From an uncultured Clostridia bacterium (lineage in GTDB: Bacteria > Bacillota > Clostridia > Christensenellales > UBA1242), in assembly GCA_944376905.1 (NCBI GenBank), contig CALWEA010000001.1, forward strand, positions 144,487 to 208,486: DNA of 64,000 nucleotides, written 5' to 3'. Position numbers and translations under genes: made by a program. The notes under the pieces were generated by a model. That model saw only the letters and a list, made by a program, of their open reading frames with translations, was not told the origin of the DNA and did not search any database. The first letter of the stretch is position 1, and every line of letters starts with the position of its first letter. Positions 48,621 through 58,948 of the stretch are shown piece after piece.

Positions 48621-51071
48621 ATGATGAAACTTCCTATTAGTTGGTTAAATGATTTTGTTGATATAAAAAATATTACTATTGATGAATTAAAAACAAAACT
48701 TTTTGATATAGGATTTGAGGTTGAAGCAATAATTGACGTTGGCAGAGAAATTTCCAATGTTGTTGTTGGACAAATTGAAAAAATAGAAAAGCATCAAAAT
48801 AGCGACCATTTACAAATTTGTATTTTAAATTGTGGGCATTTTGGACAACAAATTCAAATTGTAACAGGGGCTCAAAATGTTTTTGTTGGAGCAAAAGTTC
48901 CTGTTGCCCTTAATGGGGCAACTCTTTCAAACGGGGTTAAAATAAAAAATGGTAAACTTCGTGGGGTTGATAGCAATGGTATGTTGTGTAGTGGCACTGA
49001 ATTGGGAATTGATGAAAACTTTTTTGATGGTGCAGGGGTCGATGGCATATTAATTCTCCCTCAATCAACAGAAATTGGTTTAGACATTAAATCAGTTATT
49101 GGTTTAAATGATTTTATTTTTGATTTATCAATAACTGCTAATCGTCCTGATTGTCAAAGTATTTTGGGAATTGCTCGCGAAGTTGCGTCTGCTTTTAATT
49201 TAAAATTAAAAGAACCAGAAACAGATTATATGCTTCTTCTACAACAAAAACCTGCCAAGTTTTCAAACAATTTAACAGTTAATATTAATGCAAATGCAAA
49301 AGAAAAATGTTTGCGCTATATTTCAACAGTTTTGCAAAATGTTAAAATTGAAAAATCTCCAATATGGTTACGCCAAAGACTGTTGTTATGTGATATTATT
49401 CCTAAAAATAATGTTGTTGATTTAACTAATTATATTTTACTTGAATTAGGTCAACCAATGCATGCTTTTGATTATAGTCAAATAGAAAATAAAACTATTC
49501 AAGTTAGAGTTGCAAATCATCAAGAACAAATTGTAACTCTTGATAATAAAAATCAATCCTTAATTAATTCAGATTTAGTTATTTGTGATGGAATAAAGCC
49601 TATAGCATTGGCTGGTATAATGGGTGGGGCAAATAGTGAAATTCTTGATTCAACTCAAACAGTTGTTTTTGAAACTGCAACATTTACTAGAGAAGGTATA
49701 AGAAAAACTTCTCGTCGCTTAGGCTTATCCTCTAATTCATCTCTTAGATATGAAAAAGGTGTTGATGTTTATACAACTGGATTGGCGTCTAAAAGAGCAT
49801 TGTTCCTTGCTCAAAAATTACAAATTGGTGAGATAACTGATTTTTATTATGATAGTTTTGAATGTTTGGAAAATAATCAATTATTAAAACAAAAACAAAT
49901 TGAAGTTCCTATAACAAAGATTAATCAATTGCTTGGAATAGAAATTCCTAAAAAAGATATTATTGATATTCTTAATCGTTTAAATTTTAAAATTGAAGAA
50001 CAAAATGATAAATTAATAGCAACAGTTCCATTATATAGAAATGATATTTCTATTTACCAAGATTTAGCGGAAGAAATTATTAGAATGTATGGTTATTCAA
50101 ATATAAAGTCAACTTTGATGGAAAAATGTTCTATAACACAAGGTGGATTAAGTAATTATCAAAAACTAAGAAATTCAGTTAAAAATATTTTAGTTGCACA
50201 AGGAATGTATGAAATTAAAACCTTTTCTTTTTACAGTGAAAAACAACTTGACAATTTTAAAATTGATGTTAACGCAAAAGAAAGAAAAGTTATTAAAATT
50301 TTAAATCCTATAAATGAAGATTTAACTATTATGAGAAGATTGCTTGCTCCTTCTATGGTTGATATAATTAGTAAAAACTTAAAAAGAGGAGTTGACAATT
50401 CTAGATTATTTGAATTAGCAAATATTTACATCCCTAAAACAATTCCTCTTCAAGACTTTCCAGAAGAAAGACCGATTTTGTGTTTAAGTGCTTTTGGTGA
50501 TAATGAAAATTTTTATACTTTAAAGGGTTGTGTTGAGGCGGTTTTAGAAAGATTGAATTTACAAGCAGAGTATCAATCTTTTGAACAAAATTCTTTACCT
50601 TTGTTTTTGCATCCTTATCAAAGTGCAAAAATTTTGGTTAATGAACAAGAGGTTGGATATATAGGAACTATTGCTTATGATGTGTTAGAAAAATATGATA
50701 TAGAAAAGCCAGTTTATATTGCAGAAATTGACTACGATTTAATAATTGAAAAATTTAATAATAATTTTCAAGTTGTTCCAGTAAGCAAATTTCATAATAT
50801 TGAAAGAGATTTATCTTTCGTTGTGCCAGAAAATTTAATTTCTGGTGAAATTGAAAAAATTATAAAACAATCAGCCAAATATTTAAGTAAGGTTATTTTA
50901 TTTGATGTTTATAAGGGAGAGCAAGTTGAAAAAGGAAAGAAAAGTTTAACATATCATTTAACATTTACTCCAAAATTTGAAGAAGAATTGACTCACGAAG
51001 AGGTTGATAAGCAAATTCAAAAAATATTAAAAAATTTAAAAGAAAAATTACAAATAACAATACGTGAATAA
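48621..51071 (+). CDS. pheT: Phenylalanine-tRNA ligase beta subunit
   Basis: MKLPISWLNDFVD, tRNA-binding domain, B3/4 (ITANRPDC), B5 and FDX-ACB regions. 816 aa. Confidence 0.96.
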   Translation: MMKLPISWLNDFVDIKNITIDELKTKLFDIGFEVEAIIDVGREISNVVVGQIEKIEKHQNSDHLQICILNCGHFGQQIQIVTGAQNVFVGAKVPVALNGATLSNGVKIKNGKLRGVDSNGMLCSGTELGIDENFFDGAGVDGILILPQSTEIGLDIKSVIGLNDFIFDLSITANRPDCQSILGIAREVASAFNLKLKEPETDYMLLLQQKPAKFSNNLTVNINANAKEKCLRYISTVLQNVKIEKSPIWLRQRLLLCDIIPKNNVVDLTNYILLELGQPMHAFDYSQIENKTIQVRVANHQEQIVTLDNKNQSLINSDLVICDGIKPIALAGIMGGANSEILDSTQTVVFETATFTREGIRKTSRRLGLSSNSSLRYEKGVDVYTTGLASKRALFLAQKLQIGEITDFYYDSFECLENNQLLKQKQIEVPITKINQLLGIEIPKKDIIDILNRLNFKIEEQNDKLIATVPLYRNDISIYQDLAEEIIRMYGYSNIKSTLMEKCSITQGGLSNYQKLRNSVKNILVAQGMYEIKTFSFYSEKQLDNFKIDVNAKERKVIKILNPINEDLTIMRRLLAPSMVDIISKNLKRGVDNSRLFELANIYIPKTIPLQDFPEERPILCLSAFGDNENFYTLKGCVEAVLERLNLQAEYQSFEQNSLPLFLHPYQSAKILVNEQEVGYIGTIAYDVLEKYDIEKPVYIAEIDYDLIIEKFNNNFQVVPVSKFHNIERDLSFVVPENLISGEIEKIIKQSAKYLSKVILFDVYKGEQVEKGKKSLTYHLTFTPKFEEELTHEEVDKQIQKILKNLKEKLQITIRE

Positions 51072-51116
51072 AAATAAAAAACTTTTTAATTATAATATAT
51101 TTTATTTTATAACTTA

Positions 51117-51136
51117 ATTTAGATTTTTATCTAAAT
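51117..51136. repeat. Third perfect copy of the palindrome ATTTAGAT-TTTT-ATCTAAAT, between the convergent pheT and tpiA genes
   Basis: Read directly. Followed by AATATT as in the 26708-26731 copy. Confidence 0.8.
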
Positions 51137-51180
51137 AATATTATATCAAATATATTAATTTAAAAAGTTTTTTATTTTTT

Positions 51181-51256
51181 TATATTTTTTTTAATATTAA
51201 TTATATTTTTTTTAATATTAATTATATTTTTTTTAATATTAATTATATTTTTTTTA
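51181..51256. repeat. Tandem 21-bp repeat (TTAATATTAATTATATTTTTT), about 3.5 copies
   Basis: AATATTAATT recurs at 51193, 51214 and 51235. Confidence 0.85.
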
Positions 51257-51398
51257 AAAATTATTGTTTTTTTAATAATTATTAATTAATTATTATTTTT
51301 TTATAAAGAATTTTTCCATTTTTATATTTTTATATCTAATAAATATATTTACATTATATTTACATTATGTTGTTTATAAAATAATTTGTCAAAATTTA

Positions 51399-52157
51399 TT
51401 ATTCTTTAAAACAAGAATTTATAATAAAACTAAAATCTTTTGGATTTAGACTTGCACCTCCAATCAAAAATCCATTTAAATTTTTTATTTTATTTAATGA
51501 TTTGCAATTTTCCTGAGTAACGCTTCCTCCGTATAAAATAGGAGTGTTGTTTGATAGAGCAGAATTATATAATGAAGCCAAAATTTCTCTTATTAAATTA
51601 ATTGCTTCTTCTATTATTTTATTTGTTGCAACTTCTCCCGTTCCAATAGCCCAAATTGGTTCATAAGCAATTATTATATTTTTAAACTCATTTTCATAAA
51701 GACCATTTAATGCTTTTTTTAATTGATTAGTTATAACTTGTTTTGTTTTCAACATTTGTCTTTCATCTCTTGTTTCACCTATACACAAAACAACTTTAAC
51801 ATTGTATTTCATCATTTGTTTTATTTTTTTGTTAATGTCTTCGTCTGTTTCTTTAAAAAATTTTCTTCTTTCGCTATGGCCAATTAAAACTACATCTGTT
51901 TCACATTCTTTAAGCATAATAGCACTAATTTCCCCTGTATAAGCACCATTATCGGCAAAATGTACGTTTTGTGCACCAATTAAAATATTTTCATTTTTAA
52001 ATAAATGCTTTGTTTCTTTTAAACTAACATAAGGAACAAATAAAGCAATTTCATTTTTATCATTTATTTTAACTGTTTGAATAAAATTTTTGCAATAATC
52101 TTCAATTTCTTTAAAAGTTTTATTCATTTTAAAATTAGCATAAAAATGTTTTTTCAT
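51399..52157 (-). CDS. tpiA: Triosephosphate isomerase
   Basis: NFKMN, GAQNVHFADNGAYTGEIS, IGHSERR, AYEPIWAIGTG, GGASL. Confidence 0.96.
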   Translation of the reverse strand: MKKHFYANFKMNKTFKEIEDYCKNFIQTVKINDKNEIALFVPYVSLKETKHLFKNENILIGAQNVHFADNGAYTGEISAIMLKECETDVVLIGHSERRKFFKETDEDINKKIKQMMKYNVKVVLCIGETRDERQMLKTKQVITNQLKKALNGLYENEFKNIIIAYEPIWAIGTGEVATNKIIEEAINLIREILASLYNSALSNNTPILYGGSVTQENCKSLNKIKNLNGFLIGGASLNPKDFSFIINSCFKE

Positions 52158-52214
52158 TTTTCAACTCCTAATTAATTCTATATTTATTCAATATTAATTC
52201 AATTATATTAAATT

Positions 52215-53405
52215 TTATTCTTCTATATCTTCTATAACTTCAACACCAGGCAACATTTCACCTTCTAAAAGTTTCAAACTAGCACCGCCACCTGTTGAAA
52301 TATGATATATTTTATTGTCTAAACCAAGTAGTTTAATAGATGCAATACTATCCCCGCCACCAACAATTTGTTTTCCTTTTATTGATGCAACTGCTTTTGC
52401 AATTCTTTCTGTTCCTTCACTAAAATCATCAAATTCAAAAACTCCCATTGGACCATTCCAAATAACTGTTTGTGCCGATTTTATGATTTTGGAAAATAAT
52501 GACATAGTTTTTGGTCCAATATCCATACCAATATAACCATCTGGAATGTTAACATTTCTTGTTATTTTTGCTTTAACATTTGAAGAAAAAGTATTTCCAC
52601 ATTTATGGTCTATTGGCAACTGTATTTTAACTCCTCTTTTTTCCGCTTCAATTAGCATTTCTTTTGCCAACTCAACTTTGTCTTCCTCTATCATAGAATT
52701 ACCTATTTCATAACCTTGTGCTTTTAAAAATGTATAACTCATACCGCCACCTATTAAAATAATATCGGCTTTCTTTAATAAATTCATGACAACATAAATT
52801 TTGTCAGCAACTTTTGAACCACCTAAAATAACAACAAATGGGTGGTTTGGATTTTCAATAACATCTAATATTGTATTAACTTCTTTTCCCATCAAAAAGC
52901 CCATTGCGTTTGGTAGAAGTCGAGCAACTCCTGATATAGAAGCATGATTTCTGTGTGAAGTTCCAAAAGCATCATTAACATATATATCTGCCAAGTTTGC
53001 AAGTTTTTTCGCAAAAATTGGGTCGTTTTTTTCTTCTTCTTTGTGAAATCTTAAATTTTCCAATAGTAAAATTTCACCACTTTTCAATTCTTGAGACATT
53101 TGTTCTGTTTTTTTGCCAATGCAATCAAAAGCAAATTTAACTTTTGTTAAAGGTAAAATTGTTAATAAACGCTTTGCAACAGGTAAAAGCGACAATTTTT
53201 GATTTGGTTCCCCATTAGGACGCCCTAAATGAGAACAAATTATTAATTTCGCACCATGTTGTAAAAGATATTTGATAGTTGGTATTTCTTTTAAAATACG
53301 AGTTTCGTCAGTTATTTTGCCATCATCATTTATTGGAACATTAAAATCAACTCTTAATAAAACTCTTTTATCTTTAACATCTATATTTTCAATTGTTTTT
53401 TTCAT
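52215..53405 (-). CDS. pgk: Phosphoglycerate kinase
   Basis: RVDFNVP, SHLGRP, AFGTSHR, GGGMSYTFL, STGGGASLKLLEG. Confidence 0.97.
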   Translation of the reverse strand: MKKTIENIDVKDKRVLLRVDFNVPINDDGKITDETRILKEIPTIKYLLQHGAKLIICSHLGRPNGEPNQKLSLLPVAKRLLTILPLTKVKFAFDCIGKKTEQMSQELKSGEILLLENLRFHKEEEKNDPIFAKKLANLADIYVNDAFGTSHRNHASISGVARLLPNAMGFLMGKEVNTILDVIENPNHPFVVILGGSKVADKIYVVMNLLKKADIILIGGGMSYTFLKAQGYEIGNSMIEEDKVELAKEMLIEAEKRGVKIQLPIDHKCGNTFSSNVKAKITRNVNIPDGYIGMDIGPKTMSLFSKIIKSAQTVIWNGPMGVFEFDDFSEGTERIAKAVASIKGKQIVGGGDSIASIKLLGLDNKIYHISTGGGASLKLLEGEMLPGVEVIEDIEE

Positions 53406-53638
53406 AAAACCTCCAAATTATTTAATTAATTTTAATTAATCAAATTTTATTTTTGCTTAAAAATATTTGCTTAATTTTTGTTCTTCATGTGTTTAATATC
53501 TTATACAAATTCATGATAACAAATTTTTTTGTTAAATGCAAAGAAATTTATTAAAATTATGAAAAGTTAAGATATTTTCAAAAAAATAAACATTAAAACT
53601 TAATTTTATAACAAAGATTTTTTTAAACAATATTTAAT

Positions 53639-53667
53639 TTGACTTTTTAATTTGCATGGTTTACAAT
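53639..53667 (+). promoter_or_regulatory. Sigma-A promoter of the YhhN-like gene
   Basis: TTGACT 53639-53644, 17-nt spacer, TACAAT 53662-53667. RBS GAGGAGG follows. Confidence 0.65.
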
Positions 53668-53689
53668 TCGTTAGAGGAGGTTAAGTTTT

Positions 53690-54409
53690 ATGAATTATAT
53701 TTTCTATATTCTTTTAGGCGTTACAGTTTCTATGGCAATAGTTTTTATTGTTTTGTCAAAAGGACAAACTTCTTTAAAAAGTTTAGTTTTTAAAGCAATT
53801 GCTAGTTTTTTATTTACAGTATTGGGAATATTTGCTTGCTTTGCTAATGGTTATGGTTCTGGTTTAAACACAGAAACTGAAATTGCTTCAATGTTGTTTA
53901 TTTTAGGATTTATTGCAAGTTGTTTTGGTGATATAATATTGGCTCTTCCTGATTGGGAAAGAAATAGTGATATAAAAAATAATTTGATACTTTCAGGTGG
54001 TTTGGCTTTTGCAATTGCACATGTTTGCTATTTTGTTGCTATGATACTTCTTTTCGGTTTTGCTTGGTATATCATTTTAATGGCGTTAGTATTTGCTTTA
54101 TTTTTCTACTTATTTAATGTTGTTATTATGAAAGTTGACTATGGAAAAATGAAGTTGGGTATAGTTGTCTACGCTCTTTTTATATCCATTGTTACTTGCC
54201 AAGGAATTTATTCTCTTATAGCATTAGAAGGATCGCTTTTCTCAATTTTGCTAGCATTAGGTTTTTTGTTCTTTTATGCCTCTGATGTTGTTTTAATGAA
54301 TATCTATTTTGGAAATCAAAAGAAGAATAGTTTTCACTATTATTTTAACTTATCCTTTTATTATTTAGCACAAATATTAATTGCAACTTCATTATTTTTT
54401 TTAGTTTAA
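53690..54409 (+). CDS. YhhN-family membrane protein (lysoplasmalogenase-like)
   Basis: About eight TM. Conserved-looking K in TM2 (LVFKAIAS), FGDIILAL and FFYASDVVLM motifs typical of YhhN. Confidence 0.6.
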   Translation: MNYIFYILLGVTVSMAIVFIVLSKGQTSLKSLVFKAIASFLFTVLGIFACFANGYGSGLNTETEIASMLFILGFIASCFGDIILALPDWERNSDIKNNLILSGGLAFAIAHVCYFVAMILLFGFAWYIILMALVFALFFYLFNVVIMKVDYGKMKLGIVVYALFISIVTCQGIYSLIALEGSLFSILLALGFLFFYASDVVLMNIYFGNQKKNSFHYYFNLSFYYLAQILIATSLFFLV

Positions 54410-54791
54410 TAAATTTGTCTTTTTCTAAATAATTGATATAATTATTATTTTTATTGTTAATTATTCTTTTTTAAATCATTATTGTTTTATTTATTATTTA
54501 TTGTTTTATTTATTATTTGCGGTTTTATTTTTATTTTTATTTTTATTTTTATTTTTAATAAAAAATTTCTACTTTAATAATAATTTTAAAAATCTAACTT
54601 TTGTTTGATTTGATTTTATTAAATTTATTTTAAAAAAATGTGGTATAGAAATTCAAAGCCAACATCTTTAAAAAAATAAAAAACCATAAATTTAAAGATA
54701 TAAAAAGGTTATATTTTGTAATAACTTAAAAAATACTTTAATTATATTGGTTTTTTTATTATTTATTTTTATTTTAATTGTTATTAATTTT

Positions 54792-55568
54792 TTATATTAT
54801 TTTTTCGTTAGATAAATGATTTTTGTTTACAATTGGTGGGTCTACATAATAAGGATTATATGACAATAAAAAACTATTTTTTTCAACTTTTTTCATTTTT
54901 ATTAAAGGAAGTTGTTTGAAGGCTTTTTGAAACAATGTTTCAGGGATTAAAGACAAACTAACATTATGAGTATTGTTAAGGGCGAGTTGATGAATTATTT
55001 CACCTGAATCTGTAATACATGTCACTAATAAATTTTTATCATTAAAATTCTCAATTATTCTAAAAATATATTTTTTTTGATGTTGTTGATTTAAGATTGT
55101 GTCTAAAACAAATATTTGAGAATTTTTGCTATCGGGGAAAATTAATTTTTTATTATTGTCTTTGGAGTTAACTTCCAAATCGAGTTCTTTTTCAATAGGG
55201 GAAAATTGAAGAAATTTTAACCCTAAAATTTTATCTTTTTTTGTATTGTCTTTAATAAAAAATGATGTTATTGTGTATTGTTTTATTTCATCATTTTCTA
55301 TAATTTCAATCTTATACAACTCGCCTGTATAATTTTCATATTCAAGATTTGCTATTTTTTGTAAACTAATAGCATTGTCAAAAAATATCTTTAATTTTTT
55401 TATATTAATCATATTCAAGGGAGATTCTTTGCCTTCGAAAAGAGAAGAGAGAATGAGTTTTGCCTCTCTTGCCTTTATTGTTGAGTTTATATTCGACTTG
55501 TTTGTTGAAATATTTTTTATGGTTGATAAATTATTACTCAAAAATTTTTTTATTTTAAAAATTTTCAT
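54792..55568 (-). CDS. Hypothetical protein (258 aa)
   Basis: Long ORF with no TM and no motif I recognise. Confidence 0.55.
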   Translation of the reverse strand: MKIFKIKKFLSNNLSTIKNISTNKSNINSTIKAREAKLILSSLFEGKESPLNMINIKKLKIFFDNAISLQKIANLEYENYTGELYKIEIIENDEIKQYTITSFFIKDNTKKDKILGLKFLQFSPIEKELDLEVNSKDNNKKLIFPDSKNSQIFVLDTILNQQHQKKYIFRIIENFNDKNLLVTCITDSGEIIHQLALNNTHNVSLSLIPETLFQKAFKQLPLIKMKKVEKNSFLLSYNPYYVDPPIVNKNHLSNEKII

Positions 55569-55904
55569 GTTTCACCTTAAATTACTTTATTTTTAATTAT
55601 ATCATATTAAAAAAAATTGTCAATATTGAAAAATTTGCTAACCAATAAATTTACAATTTTACTTGATTTATGATAGTTTTGTTTATTAATTTTATTGATA
55701 GTATTTTTTTATTGCTTATGATACTTGACATATGATATTGATGAATAAATATTATTTGTATATATAAGAAAGGTTTTTGAATTTTGGTAATTTTATTTTT
55801 GCAATTAATTTAATTAATTTTTTTTATTTTTATTGTAATATTATTAAAATTATGGTATTCTTAAATTATGAACCTTAATTAACATAATTTTATTTATTTT
55901 ATAT

Positions 55905-55994
55905 TATTTAAACTTTTTTAAAATTTAACTTTTTTAAAATTTAACTTTTTTAAAATTTAACTTTTTTGAAATTTAACTTTTTTGAAATTTAAAT
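55905..55994 (-). repeat. Tandem 16-bp array, about 5.5 copies; minus-strand unit (T/C)AAAAAAGTTAAATTT
   Basis: On the plus strand the unit is AAATTTAACTTTTTT(A/G), with the C at 55913, 55929, 55945, 55961 and 55977 (exact 16-bp period). Shares the 11-mer AAAAGTTAAAT with the 3030-3092 array. Confidence 0.9.
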
Positions 55995-56172
55995 ATGATA
56001 ATAAATTTCTATTTACATTAAACTATTTATTGATTTTTATTTCATATACTCACTAAATTAAAATAATTAATATATAAACCAATATTAATTATGACATTAA
56101 AATAATTAATTATGACATTAAATTTATAACTATAAAAATTAAGTCAAAAATTAAGTAAAGGATAAGATTATT

Positions 56173-57465
56173 ATGAAAAAAATAAAAAAAGAAAAATTAA
56201 ATACAAATTTTCAATCAAATTCAAAAAGTTCTATTAACAATAAAGATATAAAAAGTTCTATTGAAAATAGTGATGTGAAAAAACCTTTGAAAATTGCACT
56301 TTTTATTGACACTTATTATCCTATGATAGATGGTGTTGTTTTGGTTGTCGATAATTATGCCAAAATTTTATCCAAGTTTGCTGACGTCGCAGTTTTTTGT
56401 CCTAAACCTGATGATAAAAAATATAAAGATAATTTTTCTTATAAAGTCGTAAGAAGTAAAAAAATAAGTGTTTTTTTTCTAGATTACAATTTGGGTATAC
56501 CGCAATTTGACAAAAAATTTAAACAAGCAATTATTAATTTTAATCCAGATATAATTCATATTCATTCACCTTTTAATATTGGTAAAATGGGTGCTAAAAT
56601 GGCGAAAAAATTAAACATACCTTTGGTTAGTACCTTGCACAGTCAATTTAAACAAGATTTTTATAGGGCAACAAAAAATAAATGGTTAACAAATAAACTT
56701 TTAGCGAAAACTATGAAAGTTTTTAATCAATGTGATGAATGTTGGGCTGTTAATGATTCTATAAAAGAATTGTATGAAAATGATTATGGATTAAAGGCTC
56801 CTTGTAAAGTTCAACAGAATGCAACTGATGTTAAACCAATTGAAAATTTAGATTTCGCTAAACAGCGTATGAAGGATTTGTTTAATATAGATGAAAATGA
56901 AAACCTATTTCTTTTTGTTGGTAGAATAAATGCATTGAAAAATATTTTCTTTATAGTTCAAAGTTTGAAAATTGTAAAAGATAAAGGTCTTCCTTTTAAA
57001 ATGCTATTTATTGGTTCTGGTCAAGATATAGAAAAACTTAAAGAAGAAGTTAAAAAACTTAATCTTGAAAATGAAATTATCATTGCTGGTAGAGTTGAAG
57101 ATAGAAACGATGTTGTTTTAGCGTATGCAAGGGCTGATTTATTTCTTTTTCCTTCCTTATATGATGCTAATTCATTAGTTCAAATAGAAGCAGCAACTCA
57201 AAAGACTCCAACTCTTTTTATTAGAGGAAGTAAAACTTCATCAACAGTTCAAGAAGATATAAGTGGATTTATGGCGAACAATAATGTTGAAGATTATGCC
57301 AATAAAATAATATCAATTATGAATAATAAAGATTACTACAATAAAGTTGCACAAGGAGCATTTGATAATCTTTATAAGAATTGGGAAGATGTTGTTAATA
57401 TAGCGTATAAAGACTATTTAAAGTTAATTAAAGATAAAAAAAATAAAAATAAAAATAAAATTTAA
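56173..57465 (+). CDS. GT4-family glycosyltransferase (glycolipid-synthase-like)
   Basis: LKIALFIDTYYPMIDGVVLVVDNYA N-terminal GT-B motif, FVGRINALKN, and C-terminal LFLFPSLYDANSLVQIEAA (E-x7-E region). Confidence 0.8.
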   Translation: MKKIKKEKLNTNFQSNSKSSINNKDIKSSIENSDVKKPLKIALFIDTYYPMIDGVVLVVDNYAKILSKFADVAVFCPKPDDKKYKDNFSYKVVRSKKISVFFLDYNLGIPQFDKKFKQAIINFNPDIIHIHSPFNIGKMGAKMAKKLNIPLVSTLHSQFKQDFYRATKNKWLTNKLLAKTMKVFNQCDECWAVNDSIKELYENDYGLKAPCKVQQNATDVKPIENLDFAKQRMKDLFNIDENENLFLFVGRINALKNIFFIVQSLKIVKDKGLPFKMLFIGSGQDIEKLKEEVKKLNLENEIIIAGRVEDRNDVVLAYARADLFLFPSLYDANSLVQIEAATQKTPTLFIRGSKTSSTVQEDISGFMANNNVEDYANKIISIMNNKDYYNKVAQGAFDNLYKNWEDVVNIAYKDYLKLIKDKKNKNKNKI

Positions 57466-57651
57466 AATTTTTAATGTAATTATGTTAATTTTTGTTTTTA
57501 TATTGAAAGTTTATAAGTTTTAATATTAAAACAATGTTCTATCATATAATATTATATGAAATAAATTCAAAATAATAAAATTAATTAATACTAAAACTAA
57601 TATATGGAGAGTAGAAAAATTTAATTTAATTTAATTTTTTTAAATAAAAAT

Positions 57652-58839
57652 ATGGAAAATAAAAACAGCAATAATTATAAAAAAGGAAAAGAAAAAAACA
57701 ATTTTTATTCTGCAAAATTGAAAAAACAAAAAAATCAAATAAATAATAATCTGTTAAATAATGAAAATAATTTTGAAAAAGAAAAAAAGAATGAAAGTTT
57801 AGAAAGTTTAAACACCTTAAACGATGATTTACATTTTCAACAACAATCATTAAGTGAAAATATTTTGGAAAAACAAAATAGTAATTTAAAAACAGAAAAT
57901 AAAATTGAATTATCTAAATTAAACTCTAATAATGAAAATATTAAAGAAAAAAAACAAGCAAACAAAATAGAGCGTAAAAGAAAAATTATAAGACTTTTAA
58001 TAACAACAATAATTTTAATTGTTGTTTGTTTGGCTTTTTATCTTCCACTTAAATTAACAGGAACTTTGGATAAAATTGATAGTTCAGAGGAGTTGATTGC
58101 GTTAATTAATTCTGGTGGAATGTGGAGTTATGCAATTTTTTTTATCTTGCAGTTTCTTCAAGCAACAATTTTTCCTATTCCTGCCATGGTAACAACAATT
58201 GCAGGTGCTTTGGTATTTGGTCCTTGGATAGCATCTCTAATTAGTTTTTTGGCTATTTTTTTTGCAAGTATTTTTATGTTTTATTTGGGGCGAAAAGTTG
58301 GTAAAAAACTTATTAATTGGATTGTTGGTGAAGAAGAAGCAAAAAAATGGGAAGAAAAATTAGGAAAAGGTAAATTTGTTTTTTTCTTAATGATGCTTTT
58401 CCCTATTTTTCCAGATGATATTTTGTGTTTAGTTGTTGGGGCAACAACAATTTCATTTAGATTTTTCTTAATAACTATATTGATTGCTCGTCCTATTGGT
58501 ATTTTAACAACTTGTTTCTTTGGTAGTGGTTCACTCATTCCATTCAGTGGCTGGGGCATACCTGTTTGGATAGTTTTAATTATTTTAATGGCTTTTGCTT
58601 TTTATGCTAGTATTAAATGGCAGAAACAAATTGAACAATTTATAATTAATTTAGGACGAAAAATGGGCATAAAGTCAAAATCAAATAAAAATAATGTGGA
58701 AAATAATCAATCGCTAGATAAATTAAAAATAAATGAAAATGTATCAGACAACAGTTTAGAATGTGATAAAAATGAAGACATTAACAATCAAGAAAATAAA
58801 CATAATGATAATAAAAAGTTAAATAATGACAAAAATTAA
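57652..58839 (+). CDS. TVP38/TMEM64 (DedA-related) family membrane protein with low-complexity N- and C-terminal extensions
   Basis: FLQATIFPIPAMVTTIAGALVFGPWIASLISFLAIFFASIFMFYLGRKVGKKLINW and FPDDILCLVVGAT are typical of the family. Start uncertain. Confidence 0.75.
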   Translation: MENKNSNNYKKGKEKNNFYSAKLKKQKNQINNNLLNNENNFEKEKKNESLESLNTLNDDLHFQQQSLSENILEKQNSNLKTENKIELSKLNSNNENIKEKKQANKIERKRKIIRLLITTIILIVVCLAFYLPLKLTGTLDKIDSSEELIALINSGGMWSYAIFFILQFLQATIFPIPAMVTTIAGALVFGPWIASLISFLAIFFASIFMFYLGRKVGKKLINWIVGEEEAKKWEEKLGKGKFVFFLMMLFPIFPDDILCLVVGATTISFRFFLITILIARPIGILTTCFFGSGSLIPFSGWGIPVWIVLIILMAFAFYASIKWQKQIEQFIINLGRKMGIKSKSNKNNVENNQSLDKLKINENVSDNSLECDKNEDINNQENKHNDNKKLNNDKN

Positions 58840-58948
58840 GATATTTTAAATATAAAAATTTTTTATTTGTTTATTTAAAATTTTATAATTATGTCGTATA
58901 TGATTAATAAAAAATACTATTATTAACAATAATGGAGTGGGGGATGTT

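Noticed and set aside
54478-54560. A/T minisatellites (19-bp repeat and (TTTTTA)n at 54478-54560; also 5733-5795, 18101-18172, 51181-51256) as functional elements
   Set aside because: They are consistent with slippage-generated repeats in an extremely AT-rich genome. They share no motif with other loci and hold no clear position relative to promoters. The clearer arrays are listed as repeat features but not promoted to findings.
55905-55994. Regular short repeats that could be mistaken for a CRISPR array
   Set aside because: The units are contiguous 16-bp tandem repeats with no unique spacers between them. No cas genes are nearby, and the repeat is far shorter than CRISPR repeats.
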